64,000 bases of DNA from Gammaproteobacteria bacterium (GCA_027081275.1 JALWKV010000152.1:6820-70819); one strand, 5' to 3'; positions 34,321 to 46,350 are shown, counted from the stretch's first letter. The notes: a model not told the origin generated them from the letters alone. Translations and numbers: made by a program.

Positions 34321-34643
34321 GTGTCGAGATCCGTCGTTTCCTCTTCGGTGGTTTCGTCCTTGCGGACGACGTCGATATCGAGGCTGGCGAGGTGTTCGAC
34401 GAATTCGCTCAGCGACAGTCCGCTCAGCTTGGCGGCTGCGCCCAGAGACATCACGCCATCACGGTAGAGCACCGATGCCAGTGCCGGGCGGAGGCTTTCC
34501 TCGGTTTCCGACAGCGTCTTCTCCAGGTGCAACAGGACGGCGTCCGGCTCATTCCCTTTCAGAATCAGCACGGGTTCCTCGCGGGCGTGGCGCAATGCGA
34601 GCGACGGATTTTTCTTCAGGTTGCGGACATTTGTGGCGAACAT
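34302..34643 (-). CDS. UPF0175-family protein (putative antitoxin partner)
   Basis: …LLHLEKTLSETEESLRPALASVLYRDGVMSLGAAAKLSGLSLSEFVEHLASLDIDV…. Confidence 0.6.
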   Translation of the reverse strand: MFATNVRNLKKNPSLALRHAREEPVLILKGNEPDAVLLHLEKTLSETEESLRPALASVLYRDGVMSLGAAAKLSGLSLSEFVEHLASLDIDVVRKDETTEEETTDLDTWLQSS

Positions 34644-34782
34644 CGGTCTTGAGCCTTGCGTGTGGCCTATAAGGCGTAGTCTACACTATGTAGGTCCACA
34701 TACCCACTGTCTGCGGTGGCGGTTTTGTGCCCCAATCAATAGAATCCCGGACTGATGACCAGCCCGCCGAGCCCTCTGTCCC

Positions 34783-35475
34783 ATGAACATCCTCGCCATC
34801 GATACCGCCACCGAAGCCTGTTCCGCCGCCCTCTTGAGCGACGGTGAAACGGCCTCGCGCTTTGAGCTGGCGCCACGTCGTCATACCGAGCTGCTGCTGC
34901 CGATGGTCGATGAGCTGCTGGCCGAGGTGGGCATGGCCCTGTCGGCGCTCGATGCGGTCGCCTTTGGACGTGGCCCGGGCTCGTTCACCGGCGTGCGGAT
35001 CGCGACGGCAACGGCGCAGGGCATCGCCTATTCGGCCGATCTGCCGGTGGTGCCGGTTTCGACGCTGGCGGCGATCGCGCAGGCAGCGATGGATCGGCGG
35101 AATGCCCTGGCGGTTGCCTGTGCCATGGATGCGCGGATGGGGGAGGTCTACTGGGCGACTTTCCGCCGGGGCGCCGATGGGCTGGCCGAGCTCGAGGGAG
35201 AGGCGCGGGTGCTGCCGCCATCCGACGTGCCACTGCTCGAAGAAGGTATCTCCTGGCATGGAGCGGGTAGCGGCTGGGAGGCCTACCATGAGGCACTGAT
35301 CATACGCCTCGGCGCAACGCCGGCGACGCTCGATACCAAGGCGCTCCCTCACGCCGCGACGATCGCCCGTCTCGCCGCCGCGGCCTTTACACGTGGCGAG
35401 GCCGTTTCAGCCGCGGAGGCGCTGCCAGTCTATCTGCGCAACAAGGTGACGCATCAGCGGACACCCCAGATGTAG
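34783..35475 (+). CDS. tsaB: tRNA threonylcarbamoyladenosine biosynthesis protein TsaB
   Basis: MNILAIDTATEACSAALL…. Confidence 0.9.
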   Translation: MNILAIDTATEACSAALLSDGETASRFELAPRRHTELLLPMVDELLAEVGMALSALDAVAFGRGPGSFTGVRIATATAQGIAYSADLPVVPVSTLAAIAQAAMDRRNALAVACAMDARMGEVYWATFRRGADGLAELEGEARVLPPSDVPLLEEGISWHGAGSGWEAYHEALIIRLGATPATLDTKALPHAATIARLAAAAFTRGEAVSAAEALPVYLRNKVTHQRTPQM

Positions 35476-35686
35476 GGCGGATCAAGGAGCACTGCGACGG
35501 ATCCGCCGGAACGAACCTGCCCAAGGCGTGATGTGGTTGGCGGTAAATGGCGTTACTGGCGTGTGCCGGGTTGGATAGGGCGTGGTGTGCTAAACAGGAC
35601 GGTGGGGTTGATGCGTTAGGTGTGACTTTGTGGCAGAGCCCAATGCCGGATCCGCTGCGCTTGATCCGGCCTACGGTGCTGGTTCG

Positions 35687-35923
35687 TCAATTACACTCGG
35701 CCCTTGCCGTCTCCAGCTCCCGGGCAAGGCCCGCCCACAGGGAAGATCGATACTGGCCCAGCGCTTCGACATCGGAACGCGGTACCTTGCGAAGAATGAC
35801 GTGATCACCCTCCACTTCGAGCTCCAACCGGTCACCGGGCTCGATGCCGAGTTGCCGACGGATCTTTGCCGGCAAGACGAGCTGAGACTTCTTGCTGAGT
35901 GTCGATATGGCCATGAGGATCAA
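35687..35923 (-). CDS. AbrB/MazE/SpoVT-family antitoxin-like DNA-binding protein (orphan)
   Basis: …SQLVLPAKIRRQLGIEPGDRLELEVEGDHVILRKV… is a swapped-hairpin domain. No toxin ORF is recognisable in the 200 bp downstream. Confidence 0.6.
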   Translation of the reverse strand: MILMAISTLSKKSQLVLPAKIRRQLGIEPGDRLELEVEGDHVILRKVPRSDVEALGQYRSSLWAGLARELETARAECN

Positions 35924-36108
35924 CCAGTTTGCTTTACCTCTATGTAAGGCAGTTAGGTTTGCATTGCAAGCTGACGCCTTTCAGATGCGCTGACTGAAAT
36001 CACCCCACTCCCGCCCTTATCCCCAGTCGGCGCATGGTTCTTGCCGTTGCTGATTTCGTCTATAGTCACGCTTTGCGATCACACCGAATGGACAAGAGGA
36101 GACAATAA

Positions 36109-36606
36109 ATGGCCACCATCACGCTGGAAGGCAACGAAATCCACACCAATGGCGATCTGCCCGAGATCGGCGCCAGCGCGCCCGACTTCAAGCTGACGAC
36201 GAAGGATCTGAACGATGTCTCGCTGGCCGACTTCGCCGGCAAGAAGAAGCTGCTCAATATCGTGCCGAGCCTCGACACCGGCATCTGCGCCATGTCGACG
36301 AAGAAGTTCAACGACGCAGCCAGGGGGCGGGACGATGTGGTGTTCCTCACCATCTCTTCCGATCTGCCGTTTGCTCAGGGCCGTTTCTGCGAGGCGGAGC
36401 ACATCGACGCCGTGCAGACGCTGTCGATGATGCGCGACAAGAACTTCGCCAAGGACTACGGCGTGCTGATCACCGACGGGCCGCTGGCCGGCATCACGGC
36501 GCGCGCCGTGGTGGTGCTCGATGCCGGCAACAAGGTGGTCTACACCGAGCTGGTGCCGGAAATCGTACAGGAGCCGGACTACGACAAGGCGCTCGCCGCG
36601 CTCTGA
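36109..36606 (+). CDS. tpx: Thiol peroxidase (atypical 2-Cys peroxiredoxin)
   Basis: …[15 protein letters not shown]…. Confidence 0.9.
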   Translation: MATITLEGNEIHTNGDLPEIGASAPDFKLTTKDLNDVSLADFAGKKKLLNIVPSLDTGICAMSTKKFNDAARGRDDVVFLTISSDLPFAQGRFCEAEHIDAVQTLSMMRDKNFAKDYGVLITDGPLAGITARAVVVLDAGNKVVYTELVPEIVQEPDYDKALAAL

Positions 36607-37387
36607 CGCCGCTGGTCGAGCTGCTGTCGCTGGGCGAGGCGTTTCTCGATGTCAGCGACTCGCCGCACTGTAACGGCAGCGCCATGCTCATCGCCGCCGA
36701 GATTCGTCGCCACATCCGCGAACAGGAAGGGTTGACGGCCTCGGCTGGCATCGCGCCCAACAAATTTCTCGCCAAGGTCGCTTACGACTGGAACAAGCCC
36801 GACGGTCAGAAGGTGGTGCGGCCGGAGGAGGTCGATGCCTTCGTCGGCGCGCTGTCGGTGGAGCGCATTTTCGGTGTTGGCAAGGTGACGGCGCGGAAAC
36901 TGCATGCAATGGGCATCGCCACCTGCACCGATCTGCAGCACTGGCCCATCGAGGAGCTGGAGGCCCGCTTTGGCCGCTTCGGCAGGCGCCTTCATGAACT
37001 CAGTCGCGGCATCGAGATCGGCCCGTCAAGCCCGTGCGGCGACGCAAGTCGCTCAGCGTCGAGGATACCTTCGCACGTGATCTGCCCGGCGTCGCCGCCT
37101 GCGATGCCGAGCTCGTCATGCTTCATGCCGAGCTGCTGCGACGGCTGGAAAGATTGTCGGGCGGGCAGGACGGCCGGATCGCCTCGCTTTGTCTTAAGCT
37201 CCGCTTCGATGATTTCACCGCGACCACCGCGCAGATGCCGGGCTTCGAACCCGAACTGGCGCATTACCGCGAACTGCTGCGCAAGGCCTGGTCGCGCGGC
37301 AGGCGTCCGGAGCGACTGGTCGGCGTCGGCGTTCGTTTCGGCTGCGGTGATCGTTTGCGCCAGCTCCCGCTGGATTTGTCCGCGTAG
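36607..37387 (+). pseudogene. dinB: DNA polymerase IV (dinB) remnant: N-terminal ~95 codons missing, 1-bp frameshift near 37020
   Basis: The translation starts directly after the tpx stop as PLVELLSLGEAFLDVSDSPHCNGSAMLIAAEIRRHI…ASAGIAPNKFLAKVAYDWNKPDGQ. This aligns from about residue 95 of DinB. The downstream homology RRRKSLSVEDTFARD… continues in another frame. Confidence 0.75.
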
Positions 37388-37410
37388 CTGTCGTGCGGTC
37401 TGGAAATGAA

Positions 37411-37818
37411 TCAGGCCCGACAATGTCTCCCACGTGGATCGAAGGGGTCGAGCATGTTCCTGCAAAACCACCGTGCGAGCGAACCCCGCCAGCTGTCGTC
37501 GTCGAGCCATCGGCTGCAGCGGTTGGTAAACAGCCACTCGCGAGGCAGTTCGACAAAAAACAGGGTTCCGAAAATTGCATTGAAAAGCATGTCGAGAGGA
37601 TATCCGACGGCCAGTACGCTATACGCCCAGAAGCGGGAAAAGGGCGTCAGCTTGTTTCTGTTGCGCGCGAGGTTCATTACGGCCAGGTAGTGAACCCAGG
37701 TGACCTGGAGTAGCGCATAGAGGTGAATCACGATCATGACAGGCCATGCGTTGTGCCAAAGATCGAGATAGTTTCGCCATATGTTTGACAAGGCATGAAT
37801 GGCGTTGCTGATGTTCAT
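37411..37818 (-). CDS. Hypothetical Trp-rich small protein (probable membrane protein) in a low-GC pocket
   Basis: 135-aa ORF with GC well below the local average. I could not assign a family. Confidence 0.45.
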   Translation of the reverse strand: MNISNAIHALSNIWRNYLDLWHNAWPVMIVIHLYALLQVTWVHYLAVMNLARNRNKLTPFSRFWAYSVLAVGYPLDMLFNAIFGTLFFVELPREWLFTNRCSRWLDDDSWRGSLARWFCRNMLDPFDPRGRHCRA

Positions 37819-37851
37819 GTGTGATCCGGGGATGTCATTCGTAATTTCCGG

Positions 37852-37938
37852 CGTAACTACCCAGCGCCGCAGCCCGCTGCCGCGCGCCCATGCATGAAAG
37901 TAACGGCGTTACCACGAAGCACCGTTGCTGAACCCCTC
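37852..37938. repeat. Repeat family A copy A3 (5' part only; interrupted by MITE copy 3)
   Basis: ggcgtaactacccagcgcc…ggcgttaccacgaagcaccgttgctgaacccctc, then the MITE begins at the TA. Confidence 0.45.
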
Positions 37939-38120
37939 TAGCCCGAATTTCTCACCAACGTTCGTAGCGAGACGGCACAAGGGTGCGGCATGGGTGACTT
38001 TTGCGACCGAGGAGCGCGCAGGCATAGCCGGCACTATATCGAGCACTCCGACCAAGCGAAAGCCACCCAGGGCGTGCCATTGGGCCGTCGCAGTAGAAGG
38101 ATGGCGAGAAATGCGGGCTA
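37939..38120. mobile_element. MITE-1 copy 3 (full length, 178 bp plus TA flanks)
   Basis: TA|gcccgaatttctcaccaacgttcgtagcgagacgg…ccgtcgcagtagaaggatggcgagaaatgcgggc|TA. It has terminal inverted repeats and a long internal palindrome. Confidence 0.7.
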
Positions 38121-38134
38121 GATTCCCTTTGGAA

Positions 38135-38305
38135 GAGGTTGTCGCAAAAGTGATAACTTTGCGGCAACCTCACGCAGCACAAGGATGTGTTGCCAGAAAC
38201 AACGACAATAAGTCGTTATTTCTGTGAGAAAAGGAAAAATCGCACTTTTTCCTTTTCGTGTGTCGCAAAATCCTGGAGGGACTTTTGCGACACCTTCTGG
38301 AAGAG
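38135..38305. repeat. Repeat family B copy B1: array of four consecutive perfect hairpins
   Basis: The stems are ttgtcgcaaaagt/aactttgcggcaa, agaaacaacgac/gtcgttatttct, gaaaaggaaaaa/tttttccttttc and gtgtcgcaaaa/ttttgcgacac. It is ~90% identical to 58078-58250. Confidence 0.5.
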
Positions 38306-38496
38306 GGTATCGCAAAACGCTCTCCCACGAGGGAGAAGGCGTTGGGAGGCCGGTTCAAGCGCAGCTGAACCGGCAGCAGTGTTGCCACGAAGTCGCGCCG
38401 TTGCCCGATCCGCTACGGCTTGATCGGGCCTACTTCTTCTTGCGATAACCTCAAGGGGGAGGGGGCCATACCCTCTTTTCAGGCGGGTTGTCGCTG

Positions 38497-38955
38497 TCAG
38501 GCGGCATGCGTCTGATACTTCTCCTTCATCTCACGCGCCTTGCGCGCCTCTTCCGGCGAGTAGGCCCGGCCCTGCCACAGCATGGTGTAGGCCGTCTCCT
38601 CGTTGCCGTTCTCGCACAGCGCCAGCACATCCCTGAACAGCGGCTGGAAGCTATCGCTCTTGTGTGAAGCCTCGTGCTCCTCGAAGGAGTTCCAGAAGGT
38701 GATGATCAGCGCCTCGCGATCCTTCAGCTCGGTATCGACGGCGCGACCGGCAGTGGAGCCCTCGTTGGAGATCTGGCCGCTGTTCAGGGCGACGAAGCCG
38801 CCAATGAAGCCGGTGTCGGAATGATAGGTCTTGACGTTTTCGCAGAGCAAGGCGACCCGCTCTTGCAGATCGTCGATCGTGTATTCCGGCTTCAGAATGA
38901 CCCGGTTGACGGTGACGACCCCGTTGGGATTGAAGTTGGGAATCAGATTGTTCAT
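38497..38955 (-). CDS. Hypothetical protein with a C-terminal ABM-like (Dabb) monooxygenase-type motif
   Basis: …LIITFWNSFEEHEASHKSDSFQ… resembles the ABM-domain signature. An AT-rich divergent promoter region lies upstream. Confidence 0.45.
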   Translation of the reverse strand: MNNLIPNFNPNGVVTVNRVILKPEYTIDDLQERVALLCENVKTYHSDTGFIGGFVALNSGQISNEGSTAGRAVDTELKDREALIITFWNSFEEHEASHKSDSFQPLFRDVLALCENGNEETAYTMLWQGRAYSPEEARKAREMKEKYQTHAA

Positions 38956-39128
38956 CGCTGTTACCTCTCTGTTGATCCAGAATATCGGTATGTACTGATA
39001 ATTATTGTTGACCATATTACTCGGTAATGATCGCGAGTAAATAAACCCTGTAAATATAGATATAAATATAATTGATTGGATGGGTTTCGAGTTGAGATGT
39101 GCGCAGCTTGCTGGAATACTGTGACCCC

Positions 39129-39755
39129 ATGAGTGAATTGAAATACCTCTTCGACAAGAATCGCGCCTGGGCCGAGAGCATCACTGCCCGGGATCCCGAC
39201 TTCTTCCAGCGTCTTTCGCAGCAGCAGGCGCCGGACTATCTCTGGATCGGCTGTTCCGACAGCCGTGTCCCGGCCAACCAGATCGTCGACCTGCCGCCGG
39301 GTGAAGTCTTCGTTCACCGCAATATCGCCAATGTCGTCGTCCATACCGACCTCAACTGCCTCTCGGTGCTGCAGTTCGCCGTCGATGTTCTTCGCGTCAA
39401 GCACATCATCGTCTGTGGCCACTATGGCTGCGGTGGGGTGAAGGCGGCGCTGGAGAACAGCGAACACGGCCTGATCGACAACTGGTTGCGGCACATCAAG
39501 GACGTCATCCGCTTCAATGCCGATCAGTTCGATGGCCTCAGTCACGCGGAAAAGCTGGATCGGCTCTGCGAACTCAACGTCAAGGAGCAGGTCATCAACA
39601 TCAGCAACACCACCATCGTCCAGAATGCCTGGAAACGTGGCGACGACCTGACGGTGCATGGCTGGATCTACAACATCGAGAACGGCATCCTGCGCGACCT
39701 GGCCCACTATGATCCCGAGGAGGCGCCTTTCCGGGATCCCGTTCCCAAGCCGTAA
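39129..39755 (+). CDS. can: Beta-class carbonic anhydrase
   Basis: …WIGCSDSRVP…HYGCGGV…. Confidence 0.9.
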   Translation: MSELKYLFDKNRAWAESITARDPDFFQRLSQQQAPDYLWIGCSDSRVPANQIVDLPPGEVFVHRNIANVVVHTDLNCLSVLQFAVDVLRVKHIIVCGHYGCGGVKAALENSEHGLIDNWLRHIKDVIRFNADQFDGLSHAEKLDRLCELNVKEQVINISNTTIVQNAWKRGDDLTVHGWIYNIENGILRDLAHYDPEEAPFRDPVPKP

Positions 39756-39763
39756 CGAGATCC

Positions 39764-40897
39764 CTAGCGATCCCCGAAACAGACTCCGACCCGCCGCGCG
39801 CTTTCGATCCACGGGTGGTCTGGCGGCACCAGTTTCTTGTTGCCGGCGACCTGTTCCAGTGGAACCGGTTCCGTGCTGTCGCCGCGGGCCGCGACCATGA
39901 CGCCCGAAAGCCCGTCGTCGATGTATTCGGCGCAGGCTGTGCCGAGCCGGGTGGCGAGCAGGCGGTCGCCGGCCGACGGGGTGCCGCCTCGTTGCAGGTG
40001 GCCGAGTATCGTGGGGCGTGACTCCAGCCCGGTCATCTGCTCCAGCCGGTGCGCCAGTTTCATCGTGTGGCCGACGTAATCCGCTTCCAGCGCCTTCAGT
40101 TCGGCCTTGATTTCTTTGCGCTGTTTCTTGTCTTCGCTGGCTTCCGCGTTGGCCAGCGCGGCTTCCAGCCGCGCGCGGGTGGCGGCCTGCTCGGTATCGA
40201 CGGCGCCTTCGGCAACGGCGACGATGCTGAAGTTCTTGCCGTTCTTGACGCGATGGCTGATGGCGTCGGCGATGGCCTCGAAGGAGTAGGGGATCTCAGG
40301 CAGCAGGATCACGTCGGCGCCGCCGGCGATCCCGGAGCCGAGCGCGAGCCATCCGGAGCGGTGCCCCATGATCTCGACCACGATGATGCGATGGTGACTG
40401 TGGGCGGTGCTGTGGAGGCGGTCGATGGCGCCAGTGGCGATGCCGAGCGCGGTGTCGAAACCGAAGGTGGTGTCGGTCATGCCGACGTCGTTGTCGATCG
40501 TCTTCGGCAGCGTGATGACGTTGAGCCCCTTCTGCGCCAGTTGCAGCGCGTTCTTCTGCGTGCCGCCGCCACCGAGACAGACCAGCATGTCGAGGTGGTT
40601 GCGATGGTAGTTCTCGACGATCAGATCGGTCATGTCCTGCGTTTTGCCGGCGATCTTCATCTTGTGCGGCTTGTCCCGGCTGGTGCCGAGGATCGTCCCG
40701 CCGATGGTGAGAATGCCGGACAGCACGCTGCCGCCGAGATCGACGCTGCGGTTTTCCACCAGCCCACGGAAGCCGTCGCGAAAGCCGATGACGCGCATGC
40801 CGAAGGCTTCCTGCGCGGCCTTGCCGACGCCGCGAATGGCGGCATTGAGTCCGGGGCTGTCGCCGCCGGCGGTGAGGATCCCGATGCGCTTGGTCAT
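39764..40897 (-). CDS. pfk: 6-phosphofructokinase (ATP- or PPi-dependent)
   Basis: [24 protein letters not shown]…MGHRSGWLA… The ORF extends N-terminally, but the conserved start is at 40897. Confidence 0.85.
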   Translation of the reverse strand: MTKRIGILTAGGDSPGLNAAIRGVGKAAQEAFGMRVIGFRDGFRGLVENRSVDLGGSVLSGILTIGGTILGTSRDKPHKMKIAGKTQDMTDLIVENYHRNHLDMLVCLGGGGTQKNALQLAQKGLNVITLPKTIDNDVGMTDTTFGFDTALGIATGAIDRLHSTAHSHHRIIVVEIMGHRSGWLALGSGIAGGADVILLPEIPYSFEAIADAISHRVKNGKNFSIVAVAEGAVDTEQAATRARLEAALANAEASEDKKQRKEIKAELKALEADYVGHTMKLAHRLEQMTGLESRPTILGHLQRGGTPSAGDRLLATRLGTACAEYIDDGLSGVMVAARGDSTEPVPLEQVAGNKKLVPPDHPWIESARRVGVCFGDR

Positions 40898-41057
40898 GGC
40901 CCAGTTCTCCGGTTGGTCGAGGCTTGAGTCGGATCTTGCCGGGCAACGCCACTGCTCGCCCACAGCCTCGTTCATGGTGTGGTTTTGTGCTTTGCGCATT
41001 ATGCCCGAAAGGGACCGGTTGGAAGAACCTGTGCAGCCGGTGTCTGCCCGCAGCGTA

Positions 41058-41262
41058 TAGTTACAGGGTAACTACTCAGCGCCCCGCCCGCTGCCGCGCC
41101 CCCATACATAGAAGTAGCGGCGTCACCACGAAGCACCGTTGCAATCCCCCTTTGGGGGCTGAGGCCTCCCTCTTGGCGAAGGGAGGTTTGGAGGGATGAA
41201 GGCTTCGGTGGTGGAGTCGGCAGTAGGTCTTGTCACGTATCGGTATTAAGTTACTTGGAAGC
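41058..41262. repeat. Repeat family A copy A2
   Basis: About 85% identical to 605-835. Confidence 0.5.
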
Positions 41263-41309
41263 CGGCGTGAGAAATTTCCGCCCGGCGGCTGCCGGGCAGG
41301 GAAGAAGGC

Positions 41310-43259
<1,950 letters not shown>

Positions 43260-43380
43260 GGGTGGTGCTCCTTGGATCTTTGATGGGTGCGGGTGGCCCG
43301 CGATGGCAGTCGCAATAGGCGGTCTATATTACCACTAACCCCTGCTGTCGGCAGGGTCAAAAGCGTCCGGTGGCGGCGCC

Positions 43381-44085
43381 TCAGTACCGCAGCACGCGCC
43401 GCAGCGGCGGCGCCTTTTTCCGGCCCATCAGGTCCGCCTCCACCAGAAACAGCTCGGCCGTGGCGATGGCGTCGCAGAGGGCGTTGTGGGCCGCGTAGCG
43501 CGGCAAGCCATGATGCTCGCGCAGGCGGAACAGGCGCAGCTCCGACGGATCGTAGCCCGCCGGCATCATGTCCATCCGTCGCTTGGCCATGTAGAGCGTA
43601 TCGATCATCGGCAGCAGCGGCGCCATGCCGTAGAGCCGCTTGCAGGCGGCTGTGAGAAAGTCTTTCTCGATGCGGCCGAAATGCACCAGCATCACCCGTC
43701 CGGCGAGCGCGCCGAGCAGATTCTCGACGACCGATTCCAGCGGCTCGCCCGCGTCCTTGTGGCTGTCGGTGATCTGGTGGATGACGACGTTCTTCTCGTC
43801 GAGGTCGGCGTCGCTACGCACCACCATGTGATGCGCGCTCGACAGCAGGATCTCGCCGCCGTCCATGCGCACGTGGCCGACGCTGAGAATATGCGCCGTT
43901 GCCGGTTCGAGCCCGGTGGTCTCGAAATCGACGGCGAGGATCGGCGTCCGGTCGAGCGGCGTCGCGGGATCGGGAAAGGGCGTGGCGAGGAAGTCACGCA
44001 GCGGCCCGGGCGGGGCCTTGGCCAGCAGCCGCTTGCGTCGCGCTTCCAGTCCCAGCCAGCGATCGAGCAGGCGCGGCGTCATCAC
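43381..44085 (-). CDS. DEDD-family 3'-5' exonuclease (DnaQ-like)
   Basis: …ILAVDFETTGL…H…D motifs. Its start overlaps the upstream gene stop (ATGA). Confidence 0.75.
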   Translation of the reverse strand: MMTPRLLDRWLGLEARRKRLLAKAPPGPLRDFLATPFPDPATPLDRTPILAVDFETTGLEPATAHILSVGHVRMDGGEILLSSAHHMVVRSDADLDEKNVVIHQITDSHKDAGEPLESVVENLLGALAGRVMLVHFGRIEKDFLTAACKRLYGMAPLLPMIDTLYMAKRRMDMMPAGYDPSELRLFRLREHHGLPRYAAHNALCDAIATAELFLVEADLMGRKKAPPLRRVLRY

Positions 44086-45932
44086 ATGCGGTAGCGGGAT
44101 TCCAGCGTCGCCTGCATCGTCTGGATCACCTTGAAGGCGTCCTTCAGATGCTCGCGTTCCAGCCGCGAGATCTCCTTCGGCGACATGAAATTGTCCGGTG
44201 CCTCGTCACGCTGGATCTGCCTTGCCTGATGCTCCAGCCGCAGGATGCCGATGAACTCCAGCGCATCGAGCAGGTTGGCCGCGCCGGATTCGCTCAGCGT
44301 CGGCGTGCCGGCCGCCGCCTGCAGCCGTTCGATGGTGTTGACGGCGGGAATCCCCTCGGACAGCGCGTAGATCCGAGCCAGATCGACCACCGGCGCGATG
44401 CCGTTGTGTTTCAGATCGAGCGTGTCGTTGTGCTTGCCGTCGTGGATCAGCACGAAATCGCGAAAGAAGCCGAGCGGTGGCCGCAGCTTCAGCGCATTGT
44501 GGGTCAGATGGGCGAGGAACAGCGTGCTTTCGGGCGTCTGCGCCAGCATGTTTTCGCGGATCTGTTCCAGCAGCGTCGCCTCGCCGTGGATGGCGCGCAG
44601 GTCGAAGAAGATGCTGGAGTACATCAGCGCCTTCGGCTCCGGTGTATTGATCCAGCTGTTGAAATAGCCCTGCCAGACCGACTGCGTCTGGCGCCAGCGC
44701 GGGTTCTTCGCCATGACGTCGCCGGGGCAGTAGACATAGCCGCATTCGTTCAGCCCGTCGCAAACGAAGTCGGCGACCTGCTCGAACCAGGGCTCGTCGG
44801 CCTTCTCCAGCGCATCCGAGATGATCATGCCGTTGTCCTGATCCGAGTGGGACGTCTGCTCCCGCCGGGCGTGCGAGCCGGCGGCGACCCAGGCGTAGGG
44901 AACCGGCGGCGGTCCGAACTTCTCCTCGGCCAGTTGCAGCAGGCGGCGCGTCAACGCCGAAGTGATCGAGGTGACGACCTTGCCGACGTGATCGGGTGTC
45001 GCGCTCTGGTTGACGAGTTGCACCTGCAGGCGGGGAATGGTGGTGCTCAGCTCCTTCAGCGTGTCGATATCGGCGGCGCGATGGATGGCGCTGGAGAGAT
45101 AGGCGACATTGCGTCCCTCCAGCCGCATCAGATCCGAGATGCTCACCACGCCCTCGACGCGGTTGTCGTCGATGACCGGCAGGTGGTGGATGTGCTTGCG
45201 CGTCATCGTCATCAGCGCGTCGAAGGCATTGGCGTCGCTGCTGGTGGTGACCATTTCGGTGGTCATGATGGTGTCGACCGGGTTGGCCGGGGACTTGCCG
45301 GTGGCGACGCAGCGGCGGGTGATGTCCTTGTCGGTGACGATGCCGCGCGGCGCGTCATTGTCGACGACGATCAGCGACGACACGCTGGCGTCCCGCATCC
45401 GGATCGCCGCTTCGTGGATGCTGCTGCCGGCGTCGACGGTGACGGCCGGTTTCTGCATCACTTCGCCCACCAGCATTGTCGTCAGCCGCGGCGAGGCCGA
45501 GGCCGCCTCCTGGCGCGAGGCCATGGCCTGGTTCAGTCGCTGCGAGGCGGTATTGCGGATGAAGGCGAGCACGCTGGAATCATTGCCGACCGCGGCGTTG
45601 AGCGAGTCGCAATCGACGGTGTAGGCAAGCGTGTCCTCGTCGACGCTGACGCGGAACTTGTCGCCACCGTCGGCGAGGCAGAAGCTGGTGCAGACATCGC
45701 TCTCGCCCAGTTTGCCCAGCAGTGTGCCTTTCCGGGAACGCAGGCTCAGTGCCCCCTTGCGGATGATGTAGAGCCGTTCCTCATCGGCATTGTCGGGTGG
45801 CAGGGCGGAGCCGGCGCGGAAGTAGCGGATCGTGATCTTGTCCAGCAACCGGTCGATGCTGCCGGGTTCAAGGCGGTCGAAGGGGGGAATGGCGGCGATG
45901 AAATCACGGATTTCCTTCAGTTCGATTTCCAT
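44082..45932 (-). CDS. Cyclic-nucleotide-binding / tandem CBS / DUF294 putative nucleotidyltransferase
   Basis: N-terminal cNMP-binding fold, two CBS motifs, then DUF294 and DUF294_C. This is the usual partner of the exonuclease near acs. Confidence 0.8.
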   Translation of the reverse strand: MEIELKEIRDFIAAIPPFDRLEPGSIDRLLDKITIRYFRAGSALPPDNADEERLYIIRKGALSLRSRKGTLLGKLGESDVCTSFCLADGGDKFRVSVDEDTLAYTVDCDSLNAAVGNDSSVLAFIRNTASQRLNQAMASRQEAASASPRLTTMLVGEVMQKPAVTVDAGSSIHEAAIRMRDASVSSLIVVDNDAPRGIVTDKDITRRCVATGKSPANPVDTIMTTEMVTTSSDANAFDALMTMTRKHIHHLPVIDDNRVEGVVSISDLMRLEGRNVAYLSSAIHRAADIDTLKELSTTIPRLQVQLVNQSATPDHVGKVVTSITSALTRRLLQLAEEKFGPPPVPYAWVAAGSHARREQTSHSDQDNGMIISDALEKADEPWFEQVADFVCDGLNECGYVYCPGDVMAKNPRWRQTQSVWQGYFNSWINTPEPKALMYSSIFFDLRAIHGEATLLEQIRENMLAQTPESTLFLAHLTHNALKLRPPLGFFRDFVLIHDGKHNDTLDLKHNGIAPVVDLARIYALSEGIPAVNTIERLQAAAGTPTLSESGAANLLDALEFIGILRLEHQARQIQRDEAPDNFMSPKEISRLEREHLKDAFKVIQTMQATLESRYRM

Positions 45933-46009
45933 CGCGGGCCTCGTCTGGGTGGGATGGGAAGCTTGTCACGCGACGTTAACGCTTCGGCCCGGTCGGATCA
46001 ATGCGTGTC

Positions 46010-46350
46010 CTTGTTGGCGGGTGGTGAACCCGAGGGTTAGCGGACCGGAGCTGATTGGCACCCCAAGAGGCAGCTTTTCCATTCATAGTTACCGATTCTT
46101 CTCCGCGTCCTCCGCGGCTCCGCTGAGCAAGCAAATCCTCGGTTCACACGGAGGCGCGGAGACGCGGAATCCGCACGGTTGTTTACGATACCCTTGTTTT
46201 CTGGATTCCAGGTTAGTGAACCAAAGTCGATTGGCAACCCAAGAGGCAGTTTTTCCATTCATAGTTACCGATCCTTCTCCGCGTCCTCCGCGGTTCCGCT
46301 GAGCAAGCAAATCCTCGGTTCACACGGAGGGGTCGGGACGCGGAAGAGGG
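46010..46350. repeat. Tandem repeat family D (~177-bp units, about 2.5 copies; a degenerate copy lies at ~46905-47030)
   Basis: ttggcaccccaagaggcagcttttccattcatagttaccgattcttctccgcgtcctccgcgg… recurs at 46054 and 46231. Each unit carries a ~14-bp imperfect stem. Confidence 0.5.

Noticed and set aside
35480-35690. A toxin gene expected downstream of the AbrB/MazE-like antitoxin
   Set aside because: All frames were translated by eye. No MazF/PemK, PIN or ParE-like motif was found, and the space before tsaB is too short for a full toxin. The antitoxin is treated as an orphan.
46010-46350. Tandem repeats considered as a possible CRISPR array
   Set aside because: The units are ~177 bp with internal hairpins and no short direct-repeat/spacer periodicity. 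No cas genes are present in the window.
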